DNA of 64,000 nucleotides from Klebsormidium nitens (Eukaryota > Plantae > Klebsormidiophyceae), in contig DF237232.1 of the NCBI GenBank assembly GCA_000708835.1, positions 49,307 to 113,306 of the forward strand, in the 5' to 3' direction. Both the position numbers and the translations under genes were made by a program. A model generated the notes under the pieces. That model saw nothing but the letters and a program-made list of their open reading frames with translations. It did no database searches and was not told the DNA's origin. This document shows, one piece after another, positions 61,907-64,000 of the stretch (the stretch's first letter is position 1; each line of letters opens with the position of its first letter).

Positions 61907-62879
61907 ATGGCATGTCAGTTCGGCCAGATGGATCCTCTCATGGCTGAGGCCTACGCAAACGGCTTGTTCCCTGAAGGCGTCTTCGTCAACCCGCAACTAG
62001 TGCATGGACCTCGAGCTCCTCAGATGCATGGCTTCTTCCCTGGCGCTCAAGACGAAGGTCGTGCTCAAGATGAGATGCATGAAGACCAGGAAGGTGGTCA
62101 GGGTGACGAAGCAGCTTTCGATGCGCATGCAGCAAACCAACAGGCTCAAGCTGCTGCTGAAGAGGCTTTCGGCATGCAGCAACTCCAGCATCTCTTCCAG
62201 GGACTCTCTGATAACATCATCGCTCGTGTCAAGGGGGAGTTGACTCAGTCCGTCTCAGCCTCTGTGCAAGATGCAGTCTCATCCACATTGGCTGGCAAGA
62301 AGCGTCGAGCTGAAGCAATCAAGAACGACGGCATCAAGAAGCAGTTCGTTCCCCTCGAAGAAGCCTGCCTGCGCATGGAACATGTCAAGTCCTCCCTGAA
62401 GAACTTCACCGAAGGAGAAACTGAGGAGATCTCGCACGACGATGCCGTCAAGATGCAGGACCGGACTTCTTGGATGAAGGTATCTCCCTTTGCCAGAAGA
62501 GAATGACTCACCTTGAGATTGCTGAGACTGAAGGTTGGGGGGTTGCGAAGAAGATGGAGGAAAATGCGCTGTTTCTCAAGTTGCAGACGATGTCCAGAAG
62601 CAGCTCAAACGGACAAAGAAGGATTTCAAGGCCGAGGAGAAGGAGAAGGAGTCCAAGAAGAAGACCAAGCAGGGCTTCAAGCCGAAGTTCTTCCAGAAGA
62701 CCAAGAGCTTCTATCCCCGCGGGGGATTCTCTGTTGGACGTGGTGGAGGCTTCTACCAGGCTCCTGGCGGCGGCAAGCCGTGCTATTCCTGTGGCCAGCC
62801 TGGTCATATCAGTGCCTTCTGTCCTGGGAAGGGTTTCGCAGCTGTGAATGCTGGTAGAGCACGCCCTGCTCTACAGTAG
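61907..62879 (+). pseudogene. Frameshifted gag-like ORF of the retroelement
   Basis: Plausible protein continuity requires shifts near 62460 (DDAVKMQD to LDEGISLCQKRMTHLEIAETEGW) and near 62575 (EENALF to SQVADDVQKQLKR). Confidence 0.7.
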
Positions 62880-63446
62880 TCAGGACTTAGTGTTGGTCTC
62901 AGAGTTGCTAGCACTAGGTTGTTGGCTAGACAGACATTGGCATTGACGGAACATTGTACAATCCTGTATCCATTATTGAACACTTGCTTGTAACACACAT
63001 ATCTCAGCTGTCTATTTCGATATCTTCGTGCATGTCCTTGAATTGCTTGAGTTTCCCATTTTCTCTTTTGGAATTGACAAAGGTGCTACCTTTGGTTCTG
63101 CAGTCTTCTTGAGAGAGCTATGATCAAGGCTTCTGGGAGCTTCCCAGAGATTGCTGCCTTAAAAAGAGAGCTGATTGCTCTAAGAGATTTTTCTGGCAGG
63201 GATGCCATCCCAAACGCCATTGAGGAGCTTCCTCAATCATGGCTTCGTCAGCCTGCTGAGCCAGAGTTTCTGGTTTTTCCCTTGCGCTGCTTGGGTGTCC
63301 GCTCATTACAGGGAGCTTCCCTGTTTCTTCTTTGTTCGCGCAGCGAACTAATTTTGGGGGAATGATGCTTTCCCACTGGATCGAACTTCTCCATGGGAGC
63401 CTTTGTGCTTATCTGACCTCCCATTGTTTCCAGTTATCTAACATTT

Positions 63447-63992
63447 ATGTTTCGTGCTACTACAGCTGATGCTGAGTCACTGCACCTGCTCTCTGATTTC
63501 ACTGGCGCTGCCGAGTTCGAGGGTTCTCGTCGTCCCTCTGAGTCATCTTTTTCGAAGCCTACCACTCTGCCTTCGTCTTCATCTGCGCCTCCTGCTCCCC
63601 GCGAGCCCTGGCTTCGGAATCGCCTGCGTGATCAGCTCTCCTTCTGGCGCACCATCTGCACTTCAGCTTTTGTGCTCAGCATCATCTCCGTTGGCTATCA
63701 GCTGCCTTGGCTCGAGGGTCCTCCCCCTGGTCCGTCTTTCAAGGCAAACCACCCGTCTGCCTTCCAGTTTCCCGACTTCGTCTCTGATGCTGTCGCTTCC
63801 TTAGTTGTCACGGGTGCTGCTCAGGAGGTCTTCTTTAAGCCTTTCATCATCAGTCCTCTTGGTGTAGTACCAAAAGGTGTCGATAAACTTCGCCTCATTC
63901 TGGATCTTCGATGCGTCAACAGCTTTCTCAGAGTGGATAAATTCAAGTATGAATCTGAAACGGCGGGGCTAGTTTGCACGCCGTTGGACTGA
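63447..63992 (+). pseudogene. Reverse transcriptase N-terminal fragment (DIRS pol), premature stop at 63990-63992
   Basis: Ends at FKYESETAGLVCTPLD-stop, before the DLK.GY and catalytic YxDD motifs. Confidence 0.75.
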
Positions 63993-64000
63993 AGACACTT

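Larger units (their letters stand above)
61700..64000 (+). mobile_element. DIRS-type (tyrosine-recombinase) retrotransposon, 5' part, decayed; runs off the window
   Basis: Intronless gag-like ORF split over three frames (61907-62506, 62470 onward, 62535-62879) ending in a CCHC knuckle (CYSCGQPGHISAFC). The ORF 63447-63992 encodes the N-terminal RT region typical of DIRS elements (RLRDQLSFWRTI....VLSII..GY.LPW...PP......NH.SA......V...V..L...GA..EV......ISPLGVVPK..DKLRLILDLR.VN..L....FKYE). The left boundary is approximate. Confidence 0.82.

Noticed and set aside
63120-63365. 81-aa ORF between gag and RT as a methyltransferase or other accessory domain
   Set aside because: No C5-MTase (PC, ENV) or N6A-MTase (DPPY-type) motif is visible. 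It is probably a broken piece of the pol leader.
1-64000. CRISPR arrays, rRNA/tRNA genes, prokaryotic operons or defence systems
   Set aside because: No regularly spaced direct repeats or cloverleaf/rRNA signatures were seen by eye, and all genes are spliced eukaryotic genes. tRNAscan-SE or Infernal would be needed to exclude small RNAs.

Overview
Eukaryotic, intron-rich nuclear DNA. GC-rich exons, GT-AG introns, a land-plant-like gene set, a flagellum-associated TPPP and a DIRS retroelement point to a streptophyte green alga of the Klebsormidium type; this taxon call is inference. I reconstructed 14 protein-coding genes by hand: a partial unknown gene (+), tandem p25-alpha TPPP (-), CudA/SHA-like protein (+), O-fucosyltransferase-family protein (-), myotubularin (+), HUS1 (-), RS-rich CCHC zinc-knuckle protein (+), NF-YB (-), ASG1-like PH-fold protein (+), DUF789 protein (-), rhomboid RBL14-like protein (+), ANTH clathrin adaptor (-), FMO1-like monooxygenase (+) and Cu/Zn SOD (-). 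They are followed by the 5' part of a decayed DIRS-type retrotransposon (+). The most striking feature is architectural. All 14 genes alternate strictly in orientation. All seven convergent (tail-to-tail) spacers contain a 0.6-1.3 kb tract dense in short palindromes (GATC, CATG, TGCA, CTAG, AGCT, GCGC, ATAT and others). Several divergent (head-to-head) spacers instead carry a TAC(C/G)GTA motif or telo-boxes. At protein level, the Cu/Zn SOD has a bipartite plastid plus twin-arginine (Tat) signal and lacks the canonical disulfide cysteines. No rRNA, tRNA or CRISPR array was seen. All exon boundaries and counts are manual and should be confirmed with RNA-seq and computation.
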